DNA of 41,672 nt. It comes from a bacterium. Lineage in GTDB: Bacteria; Patescibacteriota; Minisyncoccia; Phycocordibacterales; Phycocordibacteraceae. Position numbers and translations under genes: made by a program. This document shows, in pieces, positions 8,053 to 16,521 of this stretch. Location of the stretch: positions 1-41,672 of the forward strand of contig JAJYQV010000001.1 of the NCBI GenBank assembly GCA_021794425.1. The letters are read 5' to 3'. The notes under the pieces are model-generated. The model saw nothing but the letters and a program-made list of their open reading frames with translations, did no database searches and was not told the DNA's origin. How positions within the stretch are numbered: the first letter of the stretch is position 1; the number at the start of each line of letters is the position of its first letter.

Positions 8053-9117
8053 ATGAGTTTCTTTGAGAACCTTTTTCACCACAAGAAACGAGCCGCTGAG
8101 TCAGTCGTGCTTATTGACATCGGCGCAAGCTCAGTCGCCGGAGCCTACGCTCGCTACCTGGAAGGGGGGCCGACAGAGCTGCTCTACAGCCGGCGTCTGC
8201 CTATTGAGATACGGAAAGACGAAACGCACGGCCGCGCCATGCTGCGCGCGCTCGACATACTTGGGAACGATCTTGTCCGCGAGGGCGCGCCGGTCCTTGC
8301 GCGCGTAGTCGGGAAGGGAAACGTCGACGTCGTTCTCGTTTCGATTGATGCTCCGTGGCAGGAAACCAAGGTGCACACTGAACGCTTCGAGCAAAAAGAG
8401 CCTTTCGTCTTTACCAAAAGCCTCATCACCAAACGACTTGAAGAGGTCAATGCCGCGCCTCCCGATAAGACGCTCGTCGACGAAAGCATCATCGGCACGA
8501 TCTTAAACGGATACGGGACGCGCAGTCCATACGGGAAAAAGGCTCATCGCGCCTCGGTCATCGTCCTCACCTCGCTCATTGAGCGGCAAATCGCCAATAG
8601 CATCATTTCGGCGCTCGAGAGTCTGTACCACACGAAGAGAGTCATCCCGATCGCGGGGAGCTCGCTCCGCTACCAGGCGATACGGGACATTTTCCCCCAC
8701 GAACGGGACGCCCTCATTCTTGACGCGACCGGCAGATCGCTCACTTCTATCTCCCTCGTGCGCAAGGGAAATTTCGTCGATCTGATTCACGTGTCGACTC
8801 CCTCTGATGACGGTGCATGGGTGCCAACCATCACGAGTGAGCTCGCCGATCTTGCAAAACGCTATCCGCTGCCTCGGACGATATTTCTGCTCACTCGCGA
8901 GTCGGAGACCTCGGCGCTGAGGCAAAAGCTCGACGCCGCTAACTTCGCCTCGCTCTGGCTCTCGGCTAACCCGCCCAAAATCATCCCCGTCTCGAGAAAT
9001 CACGTTGCTGGATCAATCAAACAGACGGCAGCAACTCCTCCGGACATCGTCCTCCTTTTCATGACGCTTTATTATGAGTATCGACACCGCGCTCTGAACG
9101 AACCGGGGTTCGAGTAA
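8053..9117 (+). CDS. Hypothetical protein, possible FtsA/PilM-like actin-fold
   Basis: N-terminal VVLIDIGASSVAG resembles the actin-fold phosphate-1 motif; a second LILDATG motif is present. Confidence 0.6.
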   Translation: MSFFENLFHHKKRAAESVVLIDIGASSVAGAYARYLEGGPTELLYSRRLPIEIRKDETHGRAMLRALDILGNDLVREGAPVLARVVGKGNVDVVLVSIDAPWQETKVHTERFEQKEPFVFTKSLITKRLEEVNAAPPDKTLVDESIIGTILNGYGTRSPYGKKAHRASVIVLTSLIERQIANSIISALESLYHTKRVIPIAGSSLRYQAIRDIFPHERDALILDATGRSLTSISLVRKGNFVDLIHVSTPSDDGAWVPTITSELADLAKRYPLPRTIFLLTRESETSALRQKLDAANFASLWLSANPPKIIPVSRNHVAGSIKQTAATPPDIVLLFMTLYYEYRHRALNEPGFE

Positions 9118-9226
9118 ACCCGCCCGGTCCCTCCCTCGCAACAAAGCCCAGGGGGCATCCTGGAGAATTTCCGCAATACACAGCACCTGTTTACAAACCT
9201 CCTCTCCGAGATGATATACTCTGCTC

Positions 9227-10441
9227 ATGCGCACCATTGACGACATTATTCCGCCGTCCCGTCGGAAAGAAACAGGACCCCTTACCGGCGAGTCAGACAA
9301 TCGCGGACCATCCCGCCCGAGACAATCGTTCGCGTTTCCATACAAGACGCTTGCGGTCGTGGCACTCGTCATCCTCGCGTCGATCGGCGCTTTGTATTAC
9401 TTCTCAAGCGCGAAAGTTGAAATAACGCCCAGCACCGTTTCGGCCGCTGTCCAAAGCTCCTTTACGGCAAGTCAGGGTGCTGGTGACCTGCCGTACCAAA
9501 TCATTACGACGCAGAAAGTCGCCACGCAAAGCGTGGCGAGCAATGGCACGAAAATGGAGAATTCTTCCGCCTCCGGTTCCGTCACCATCTACAACACCCA
9601 ACCAAAGGCGCAGAGACTCATCACGAATACCCGTTTCGCGACCACTGCAGGGCTCATCTTCCGCATCCACGCAGCAGTGACCGTTCCGGCGGGCAGCGCG
9701 GCAAACCCTGGCAGCGTAAAGGTGAAGGTCTACGCGGACAAGCCGGGCGATTCCTACAACGTGGGCCCTTCCTCATTTACCATTCCGGGATTTGCCGGAA
9801 CGCCGCAAGAGAACAAAGTCTACGCACGCTCGTCTGAGGCGATGTCGGGCGGCAGCTCGGGGAATGTGCCGGTTATCGACGCTTCCGTTGCGGATCCCGC
9901 ACGAAAGGCACTCATTGCAGCCCTCGCCCCAGAACTCACGGCAAGCCTCCAGAGCCAAGTGCCGTCCGGGTACGTGCTCGTACCCGGCGCGGCGACCACG
10001 ACCTTCGAAGACCTCGCCCCGACCTTGTCTCCCACAAACGGCATGGCAGACCTCAAAGAGCAGGGCACGATGACAGCGGTCGTATTCCCCAACGCCGCGC
10101 TTGCGAAATCAATCGCCTCGTCGGTCGCAGGGCTCGACTACCAGGGCGAGCCGCTCACCCTCTTGCCCGCAAGCACGCTCCAGCTCTCGGCTCCCGCCGG
10201 CATGCCAAGCGCGGAGGCGTCCTCATTCTCTTTCATCCTTGCCGGAACGGCCTCACTGGCCTACGTGGTCGATCCGACCCGCATCGCCGCAGCCGTGGCA
10301 GGAAAGACTCGCGCTGCAGCCGAGGTGGCATTGACGAACTATCCAGAAGTCAAGCGCGCGGTGATCATCCTCAGGCCGTTTTGGAAGCAGACGTTCCCGC
10401 AGGACCCCTCCTCTATCGCCATAACGGTCGCAAATCCGTAA
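9227..10441 (+). CDS. Membrane-anchored hypothetical protein, baseplate-J-like domain suspected
   Basis: One TM helix, then ASGSVTIYN...TRF...GLIF...VYADKPGDSYNV and MSGG, which resemble baseplate-J-like segments. Confidence 0.6.
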   Translation: MRTIDDIIPPSRRKETGPLTGESDNRGPSRPRQSFAFPYKTLAVVALVILASIGALYYFSSAKVEITPSTVSAAVQSSFTASQGAGDLPYQIITTQKVATQSVASNGTKMENSSASGSVTIYNTQPKAQRLITNTRFATTAGLIFRIHAAVTVPAGSAANPGSVKVKVYADKPGDSYNVGPSSFTIPGFAGTPQENKVYARSSEAMSGGSSGNVPVIDASVADPARKALIAALAPELTASLQSQVPSGYVLVPGAATTTFEDLAPTLSPTNGMADLKEQGTMTAVVFPNAALAKSIASSVAGLDYQGEPLTLLPASTLQLSAPAGMPSAEASSFSFILAGTASLAYVVDPTRIAAAVAGKTRAAAEVALTNYPEVKRAVIILRPFWKQTFPQDPSSIAITVANP

Positions 10442-10448
10442 TTCGTAT

Positions 10449-10477
10449 TTGACGATTCTTGAGACACCTGCTAGATT
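10449..10477 (+). promoter_or_regulatory. Promoter of the infA-rpsI operon
   Basis: TTGACG-17 nt-TAGATT with extended TG. Confidence 0.6.
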
Positions 10478-10511
10478 GTCTAAGTATCTGCATGGATAAA
10501 CGAAAGAGTAA

Positions 10512-10751
10512 ATGAGCGAAGGCGAAGAGACCAAAACGACGACGGTTGGTTCCGTCGAAGAGGTGTTGCCTAACTCGCTCTTTCGTGTCCGCATTCCCGC
10601 TGAGAAAGAGGGAGAGGAAGGGGAGCTCGTGCTCGCCTATCTTGCAGGCAAGATGCGCTTGCATCGTATCCGCGTCCTGGTCGGCGATCAGGTAGATATG
10701 GTGCTTGATCCTTACGGGGGTCGCGCAAGGATCGTGCGCCGATTAACGTAA
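10512..10751 (+). CDS. infA: Translation initiation factor IF-1
   Basis: GSVEEVLPNSLFRV...LAGKMRLHRIRVLVGDQV. Confidence 0.96.
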   Translation: MSEGEETKTTTVGSVEEVLPNSLFRVRIPAEKEGEEGELVLAYLAGKMRLHRIRVLVGDQVDMVLDPYGGRARIVRRLT

Positions 10752-10771
10752 CCTAATTACCGATACCTACG

Positions 10772-10888
10772 ATGAAAGTCCGTGCCTCAATCAGAGTGCA
10801 GCAACCAGGAGATCAGCTCGTCCGACGCGGCGGACGGCTGTATCGTATTAACAAGAAGAATCCTCGCCGCAAGGCGCGCCAAGGATAA
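10772..10888 (+). CDS. rpmJ: 50S ribosomal protein L36, cysteine-free type (not in ORF track)
   Basis: Manual translation [38 protein letters not shown], in the canonical position between infA and rpsM. Confidence 0.93.
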   Translation: MKVRASIRVQQPGDQLVRRGGRLYRINKKNPRRKARQG

Positions 10889-10901
10889 TATTATTTTTAA
10901 T

Positions 10902-11282
10902 ATGCGTATAGCCGGCGTCACCATCCCCGATAATAAACAGCTCGCCTACTCGCTGCCGATACTCTTCGGCATCGGCCCCACGCGCGCCAAAGACATCCTC
11001 AAGGCCGCCGGTGTCCCTGAGACGAAAAAGGGCGGTGAACTCACCGCCGACGAGGAGCAGAAGATCCGTTCGCTTTCCGAAGCGTATCTCATCGAAGGCG
11101 AGCTACGCCGAGAGATAGGACAGAACATCAAACGATTGAAAGACATTCGTTCACTCCGTGGCGAACGTCACACCCGAGGGCTTCCGGTACGCGGTCAGCG
11201 CACCAAGACGAACTCGCGCACGCGCCGCGGCAACGTTCGCAAGACGATGACCTCGGGTCGCCGTACCCTTGAAAAGACCTAA
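10902..11282 (+). CDS. rpsM: 30S ribosomal protein S13
   Basis: MRIAGVTIP...GLPVRGQRTKTNSRTRRG. Confidence 0.97.
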   Translation: MRIAGVTIPDNKQLAYSLPILFGIGPTRAKDILKAAGVPETKKGGELTADEEQKIRSLSEAYLIEGELRREIGQNIKRLKDIRSLRGERHTRGLPVRGQRTKTNSRTRRGNVRKTMTSGRRTLEKT

Positions 11283-11290
11283 TCATACCT

Positions 11291-11725
11291 ATGGGAAAGA
11301 AACGAATCATCAAGAAGCACGGGAAAGGCCTCGACCAGGGGCGGAAGGAACGCGCCCTCGGCAAGGCGACCAAGCGGCGTCTTGAAAAGGGTGTCCTGCA
11401 CATCGAGGCGACCTTCAACAACACGAAAGCGCTCGTCACGGACGAAAAGGGCAATGCGATTATTTCGTCATCGGCTGGCGCGCTTGGTTTCTCCGGCGCG
11501 CGCAAGTCGACGCCGTATGCCGCAGCAAAAGTTGGCGAATTCCTCGGTGAGAAGAGCACTATGATCGGCATCAAGGAGGCGTCCGTCGTGATCCGCGGCG
11601 TCGGTGCCGGACGCGAGTCCGTCTTGCGCGCATTCTCGGGCAAGGGCATCCAGATCCGCTCCATCAAAGACGCGACGCCGGTTCCGCACAATGGTCCGCG
11701 GCCGCCAAAACCTCGTCGCATCTAA
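11291..11725 (+). CDS. rpsK: 30S ribosomal protein S11
   Basis: ATFNNT, GARKSTPYAA, DATPVPHNG. Confidence 0.97.
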   Translation: MGKKRIIKKHGKGLDQGRKERALGKATKRRLEKGVLHIEATFNNTKALVTDEKGNAIISSSAGALGFSGARKSTPYAAAKVGEFLGEKSTMIGIKEASVVIRGVGAGRESVLRAFSGKGIQIRSIKDATPVPHNGPRPPKPRRI

Positions 11726-11737
11726 TCTTTTACTTAT

Positions 11738-12349
11738 ATGAAAACCGGACCACGATACAAGATAGCGAAGCGCCTCGGCGCGACCGTCTTCGAGAAAGCG
11801 CAAACACAGAAGTTTGCGATATCCGCCGAGCGCAGCGCAAAGAACAAGCGCCGCGGGCGCGGGCGCCAGAGCGAATACGGTAAGCAGATGCTTGAGAAGC
11901 AGAAGGTACGCGTCACCTACGGCCTGCCGGAACGCCAGTTCCGCAACTATGTCCGCAAGGCGCTCGCCGCCCACAGCGCAAAACCGTCCGACCGCCTCCA
12001 CGAGCTCCTCGAGCTCCGCCTCGACAACGTCGTCTGGCGGCTCGGTCTCGTGCCGACGCGACGCGCCGCCCGCCAGATGGTCGCTCATGGCCATGTGATG
12101 GTCGGCGCTAAGAAGAGCCGCGTCCCGTCGCAGGCGCTTTCGGTCGGCGACACCATCAGCGTGCGTGCAGGCTCGAAAGAGCACGGCGCCTTTGTTGGCT
12201 TCAACGAGCGCTTCATGGAGCGGAAGCTCCCGTCGTGGCTCTCGTGGGATCCCAAGTCGATGTCTGGCAGCGTTGTCGAACGCCCGACCGTCACTTCGGC
12301 AGATCCGGCGGGCGACCTTGTCGCGGTGCTCTCGTTCTACACGAGGTAA
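11738..12349 (+). CDS. rpsD: 30S ribosomal protein S4
   Basis: SEYGKQMLEKQK, LELRLDNVVWRLG, ARQMVAHGH. Confidence 0.97.
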   Translation: MKTGPRYKIAKRLGATVFEKAQTQKFAISAERSAKNKRRGRGRQSEYGKQMLEKQKVRVTYGLPERQFRNYVRKALAAHSAKPSDRLHELLELRLDNVVWRLGLVPTRRAARQMVAHGHVMVGAKKSRVPSQALSVGDTISVRAGSKEHGAFVGFNERFMERKLPSWLSWDPKSMSGSVVERPTVTSADPAGDLVAVLSFYTR

Positions 12350-12378
12350 TTTATTTAATTGGTAATTACGATTGCGTT

Positions 12379-13320
12379 ATGGAATACCACATCACCCTTC
12401 CGAGTAAGCCCCGCATCGTGTCTGAGGAAGGCACGCAGGGCGTCTATGAGATCGACTCGCTTTATCCGGGCTACGGCCACACGCTCGGCAACAGCCTGCG
12501 CCGCATCATTCTTTCGTCGCTCCCCGGTGCCGCGATCACGCAGGTAAAGATTGACGGCGTTCCCCACGAATTCGCGACTATCGATGGCGCACGCGAGACC
12601 GTCATGGAGATTCTTCTCAATCTCAAGCGCGTGCACTTCGTCCTTCACGGCGATGAGCCGCAGACCATCTCGCTCACCGCCAAGGGCGCCGGCGAAGTCA
12701 CCGCAAAAAATTTCAATCTTCCGAGCCAAGTCGAGATCATGAACCCCGACCAGCACGTCGCCGACCTCTCCGGCAAAGCCGTCCTTGAGATCGAGGCGAC
12801 CATTGAGCGCGGCTTGGGCTACGTCCCGCGCGAGGTTCTCACGAAAGACAAGGTCGATATCGGCACCATCGCGCTTGATGCCACCTTCACCCCGATCCGT
12901 CGCGTGAATTACGAGGTCGAAAACATGCGTGTCGGCGATCGCACCGACTTCAACCGCCTGCGCGTCCTCATTGAGACCAACGGCACCATCACCCCGCGTC
13001 AAGCGCTTGAACAGTCCATCGAGACGATGATTCATCAGCTCAAGGCGGTCATCGGTTTCCAGGAAAGTGCGCCTGCGGCCGAAAACGTCTCTTCCGATGG
13101 GGAGGGGAGCGCCATTGATGCCGCGAAGGTGAAGATCGCCGACCTTGAGCTCTCTGCACGCGTCGCGAGCGCGCTTGAAGACGCCGGCATCAAGAGCGCC
13201 GCTGGCCTCGCAAGGAAGTCGGCATCCGCGCTCCTTGAGCTTGACGGTATCGGCGACAAGGCCGTCGAGGAGATCTCGCTCGCGCTCGCACGCTTCGGGC
13301 TCACGCTCAAGAGCGACTAA
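12379..13320 (+). CDS. rpoA: RNA polymerase alpha subunit
   Basis: GYGHTLGNSLRRIILSSLPGAA, DATFTPIRRVNYEVENMRVG, alpha-CTD. Confidence 0.97.
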   Translation: MEYHITLPSKPRIVSEEGTQGVYEIDSLYPGYGHTLGNSLRRIILSSLPGAAITQVKIDGVPHEFATIDGARETVMEILLNLKRVHFVLHGDEPQTISLTAKGAGEVTAKNFNLPSQVEIMNPDQHVADLSGKAVLEIEATIERGLGYVPREVLTKDKVDIGTIALDATFTPIRRVNYEVENMRVGDRTDFNRLRVLIETNGTITPRQALEQSIETMIHQLKAVIGFQESAPAAENVSSDGEGSAIDAAKVKIADLELSARVASALEDAGIKSAAGLARKSASALLELDGIGDKAVEEISLALARFGLTLKSD

Positions 13321-13345
13321 TCGGTTTCTCTGGTACTGTAGTCTT

Positions 13346-13699
13346 ATGGCCTATACTAAAAAAGCACAAACCTTTGCTCGTCCGAGCAATCAGCGCCGCG
13401 CACTCATGCGGTCGCTTGCGCGCTCGCTCGTCCTTGAGGAACGCATCTCGACCACCGAGGCAAAAGCGAAAGCACTGCGCCCGTTCGTCGAGCGCCTCGT
13501 AACTTATGCAAAAAAAGGCACGCTCGCGAGCCGTCGCCTCGCCAAGAGCACGCTTGGCGATGACGAGGCGGTCAAGAAGCTCTTCGAGTCAATCGGCCCG
13601 CGCTATGCAGACCGCGCCGGCGGCTACACGCGCATCGTGAAGCGCACGGCCCGCGGTGCAAACGACGCACGCAAGCTTGCATATATCGCTTTTGTCTAG
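13346..13699 (+). CDS. rplQ: 50S ribosomal protein L17
   Basis: ERISTTEAKAKALRPFVERLVT, RAGGYTRIVK. Confidence 0.96.
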   Translation: MAYTKKAQTFARPSNQRRALMRSLARSLVLEERISTTEAKAKALRPFVERLVTYAKKGTLASRRLAKSTLGDDEAVKKLFESIGPRYADRAGGYTRIVKRTARGANDARKLAYIAFV

Positions 13700-13718
13700 T
13701 ATGCATATCAGTACTACC

Positions 13719-14093
13719 ATGACGACCCGCATTACCAAGCCCGAACCGACGACGCACACGATTGATGCGACTGATCGTACGCTCGGCCGCGTGGCGAGCG
13801 AGGCAGCACACGCGCTCCTTGGGAAGCGTTCCGTGCATTTCGCCAAGAACATGGCCCTTCCCGTGACGGTCGTCATCGAGAATGCGAGCAAGATGCACCT
13901 TCCGAGCACTCGCACCAAGGGCAAGGTCTACACGCACTACACCGGCTTCCCGGGCGGCCTGCGCTCCATGGACATGGAAGAAATGATCGCCAAGAAGGGC
14001 ATTGAGGAGGTCGTGAAGAAGACGGTCGACGGGATGATCCCGCGCAACCGCCTGCGCGCACCCCGCATGAAGAATCTCATCGTTCACGCATAA
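13719..14093 (+). CDS. rplM: 50S ribosomal protein L13
   Basis: IDATDRTLGRVAS, YTGFPGGL, GMIPRNRL. Confidence 0.95.
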   Translation: MTTRITKPEPTTHTIDATDRTLGRVASEAAHALLGKRSVHFAKNMALPVTVVIENASKMHLPSTRTKGKVYTHYTGFPGGLRSMDMEEMIAKKGIEEVVKKTVDGMIPRNRLRAPRMKNLIVHA

Positions 14094-14097
14094 TAAT

Positions 14098-14496
14098 ATG
14101 GCAACTACCACTTACACCAACGCAGTCGGGCGCCGCAAGACCGCCATCGCGACCGTCCGTATCACGCCCGCTGCTAAAGCAAGCGTCACGGTCAACGGCA
14201 AGAGCGTCAAGGACTATTTCAAGACTGCCGAGCGCGCCAAGATCGCCGAGGAAGCGCTCGCGCTCGCTGAGAGCGCCGAGACCTACGCGGTGTCCGCGCA
14301 CGTCGAGGGCGGCGGTGTCGCGGCACAGGCCGAGGCGCTTCGCCACGCGATCAGCCGCGCGCTGACCGAAGCCGAGCCGAAGACGCGCCCGACCCTCAAG
14401 ACCGCAGGCCTGCTCCGGCGCGACCCGCGCGCCAAGGAGCGCAAGAAGCCGGGTCTCGTCAAAGCCCGCAAGCGCAAGCAGTGGAGCAAGCGCTAA
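14098..14496 (+). CDS. rpsI: 30S ribosomal protein S9
   Basis: GRRKTAIA, GGGVAAQAEA, RDPRAKERKKPGLVKARKRKQWSKR. Confidence 0.97.
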   Translation: MATTTYTNAVGRRKTAIATVRITPAAKASVTVNGKSVKDYFKTAERAKIAEEALALAESAETYAVSAHVEGGGVAAQAEALRHAISRALTEAEPKTRPTLKTAGLLRRDPRAKERKKPGLVKARKRKQWSKR

Positions 14497-14516
14497 GCGC
14501 GTGCTATACTCGGCGC

Positions 14517-14822
14517 ATGAATACCACCCGCGAAGGTAGCGTGCGGTGCATCGTCTTCAAAGATGACGACACCTGGTACGGTGTCGCGCTCGAGTTCAAT
14601 ATCGTGGTCGAGGCAGATGATTCAGACGTCGTGATGTTCGATTTGCAGGAAGCTATTCGCGGCTACGTCGGGTCACTACGCAAGGCACGAGTTGCGACTA
14701 AATTCGAAGCGCTGAACCAGAAGTCCGACGAAGAATACGAGCAGATGTGGCAGAATCTCCAGGCGGCCAAGCCAACTCCGTCGCCCCATCAGGTGAAATA
14801 CTTCGGCATTGCAACCATCTAG
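14517..14822 (+). CDS. HicB-like antitoxin
   Basis: IVFKDDDTWYGVALEFNIVVEADD...LQEAIRGY resembles the HicB N-terminal domain; adjacent to a HicA-like gene. Confidence 0.65.
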   Translation: MNTTREGSVRCIVFKDDDTWYGVALEFNIVVEADDSDVVMFDLQEAIRGYVGSLRKARVATKFEALNQKSDEEYEQMWQNLQAAKPTPSPHQVKYFGIATI

Positions 14823-14831
14823 CCAGCCAGT

Positions 14832-15062
14832 ATGTCGCGTGGCGTCATGAATTGGACATTCAGCGATGTCGTCGATGTCCTCAAGGAGCACGGATTCACA
14901 CTGAGCCATATCGAGGGCAGCCATTATTTCTACCTCAAGAGCCATGACGGCAAAGTGTATCAGGTTTGCGTCCCCAAGCACGGTTCGCGCGCCTTCAAGC
15001 CGCGGACACTCAAAGGCATGATCGCTCAATCAGGTCTTACCAGATCAGGTTGGGGAATATAA
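14832..15062 (+). CDS. HicA family toxin
   Basis: LKEHGF...GSHYFY...VPKHG...TLKGMIAQSGL signature. The start could instead be 14847. Confidence 0.85.
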   Translation: MSRGVMNWTFSDVVDVLKEHGFTLSHIEGSHYFYLKSHDGKVYQVCVPKHGSRAFKPRTLKGMIAQSGLTRSGWGI

Positions 15063-15064
15063 AA

Positions 15065-15089
15065 GAGCGCAAGAAGCCGGGCCTCGTCA
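15065..15089 (+). repeat. Direct repeat of rpsI 3' coding sequence (att-like relic)
   Basis: gagcgcaagaagccgggcctcgtca matches 14437-14461 at 24/25 nt. Confidence 0.85.
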
Positions 15090-15091
15090 CA

Positions 15092-15120
15092 AAACGGTAG
15101 AAGTTCGACTTCTACCGTTT
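15092..15120. repeat. TAGAAGT-NNN-ACTTCTA palindrome, intergenic copy
   Basis: aaacggtagaagt-tcg-acttctaccgttt, perfect 13-bp stem. The 19-nt core is identical to the second ung copy. Confidence 0.9.
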
Positions 15121-15391
15121 GAGGAGGCCATCCGCGCTTACGAGAGAAAGCTCGACGCGGCACTCGACGCTGATACCGTCATCACGCAGTTCGGCATCGG
15201 GGCAGACGGCCACATCGCAGGCATTCTCCCGCACTCGTCTTCAGTTGACGCTACCGAGCTCGTCGCCGGTTACGAAGCAGGGCCGTATATCCGCATCACC
15301 ATGACCCCTCCCGCCTTTGAACGTATCGACCCAGCTCCTGAAGCAGCTCCCCGAGGCGTATCTTTACACAGACCTTGCGTGGCTAAGATAA
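15121..15391 (+). pseudogene. pgl: 6-phosphogluconolactonase-family pseudogene
   Basis: Manual translation EEAIRAYE...QFGIGADGHIAGILP...RITMTPPAF. No start codon. After a frameshift near 15331 it continues QLLKQLPEAYLYTD...stop. Confidence 0.75.
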
Positions 15392-15456
15392 TCGTGGTAT
15401 ATGTATATCGGCGAGCTTAGCTCATTTTTCACAATCTTTACTTTTGGGAGACAGAT

Positions 15457-15852
15457 ATGTCTGAGAAGGTGTCAGCGGCACGCGCTGCCGCGGAACGTGA
15501 ATTCCGTAACCTGCTGCACCGGGTGCAGCATCGACAACCCATACGCTTGCACGCGCCCGTCTTCTGCATGCGCAGAGGTTCGCTCGTGTTCGCTATTCCG
15601 ATGCATGCACTAACGCTCGGAACGATGTATCGGCTCGTTATGGAAATCGGGTCACATCGCTATGCGCCCGCGCTGCATGACGGGTACCTCATGGTGCCCT
15701 GCACCCTCGACGTGAATGGCATTACCGAGTTCGATCGGCTCGTCAGACTCGCTTCAGAGTGGGCTTCTCGCACATTTGACTGCGAAGTCATCGTCGAGCG
15801 CCATCGCGGAGATCGCGGGGTCCGCCACGCGTGCGGTCTCCAACACATCTGA
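15457..15852 (+). CDS. Hypothetical protein
   Basis: GGGAG SD, upstream TTGCGT-17-TATATG, downstream hairpin at 15872-15892. Confidence 0.6.
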   Translation: MSEKVSAARAAAEREFRNLLHRVQHRQPIRLHAPVFCMRRGSLVFAIPMHALTLGTMYRLVMEIGSHRYAPALHDGYLMVPCTLDVNGITEFDRLVRLASEWASRTFDCEVIVERHRGDRGVRHACGLQHI

Positions 15853-15933
15853 CATATCTGATCCACCTTCGCACCCGCCTTTATGGCGGGTGTTCCTTTT
15901 GACTCTGCGCTCTATTTCAGGCACAATGGGCGC

Positions 15934-16479
15934 ATGACGAAAGAATGGCACGGAGACGACATCGAGCCGGAGGACATCGTCCTCGAGGCGGAGCACAACG
16001 AGGCGCCCCAGGGTGGCGACTGCGAAAAGAAGGTCGCAAAGCTCAAAGACGAGCTTGCAAAGGTGACGGCCGAAAACCGGGAAAACCTCGACGGCTGGCA
16101 GCGCGCCAAGGCCGACTACGTGAACCTCTTGAAGCGCTTTGAAAGCGAAACGAAATCGACCGAGCTGAAAGGGAAGGTGAAAGCCGTCGAGACTCTGCTC
16201 CCGGCCTTTGACGCGATTGAGCGCGCGAAAGAGCACGGGGAAATTCCCGAGGGCTTCGCTGCCATCGCGCGCCAGCTCGAGGGCGCCTTTGCCTCGCTCG
16301 GCCTCGAAGAGCTCGGTGCCGTGGGCGAGCAGTTCGACCCGGCACTCCACGACGCACTCGGCCAAGACCCCGCCGCCGAAGCGAAAGAAGATGGTACGAT
16401 AACCGTAGTATTGGAGAAGGGCTGGAAGGTCGGCGACACCGTTATCCGCCCGGCCAAAGTGAGGGTTGCAGCCGCGTAG
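15934..16479 (+). CDS. grpE: Nucleotide exchange factor GrpE
   Basis: WQRAKADYVN, FDPALHDA, KGWKVGDTVIRPAKVRV. Confidence 0.95.
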   Translation: MTKEWHGDDIEPEDIVLEAEHNEAPQGGDCEKKVAKLKDELAKVTAENRENLDGWQRAKADYVNLLKRFESETKSTELKGKVKAVETLLPAFDAIERAKEHGEIPEGFAAIARQLEGAFASLGLEELGAVGEQFDPALHDALGQDPAAEAKEDGTITVVLEKGWKVGDTVIRPAKVRVAAA

Positions 16480-16521
16480 GGGTTTTCGTAGAATACTTGT
16501 TGGCTTAACTTATTTAGACAT

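Noticed and set aside
9180-9203. Possible half copy of the MITE end (cagcacctgtttacaaacctc)
   Set aside because: Similarity is too short and degenerate, with no partner IR.
9227-10441. Prophage suggested by the baseplate-J-like protein
   Set aside because: No other phage genes; flanked by alaS and the ribosomal operon.
15853-16521. CIRCE operator or hrcA upstream of grpE-dnaK
   Set aside because: No TTAGCACTC-N9-GAGTGCTAA-like repeat was seen, and there is no hrcA in the window.
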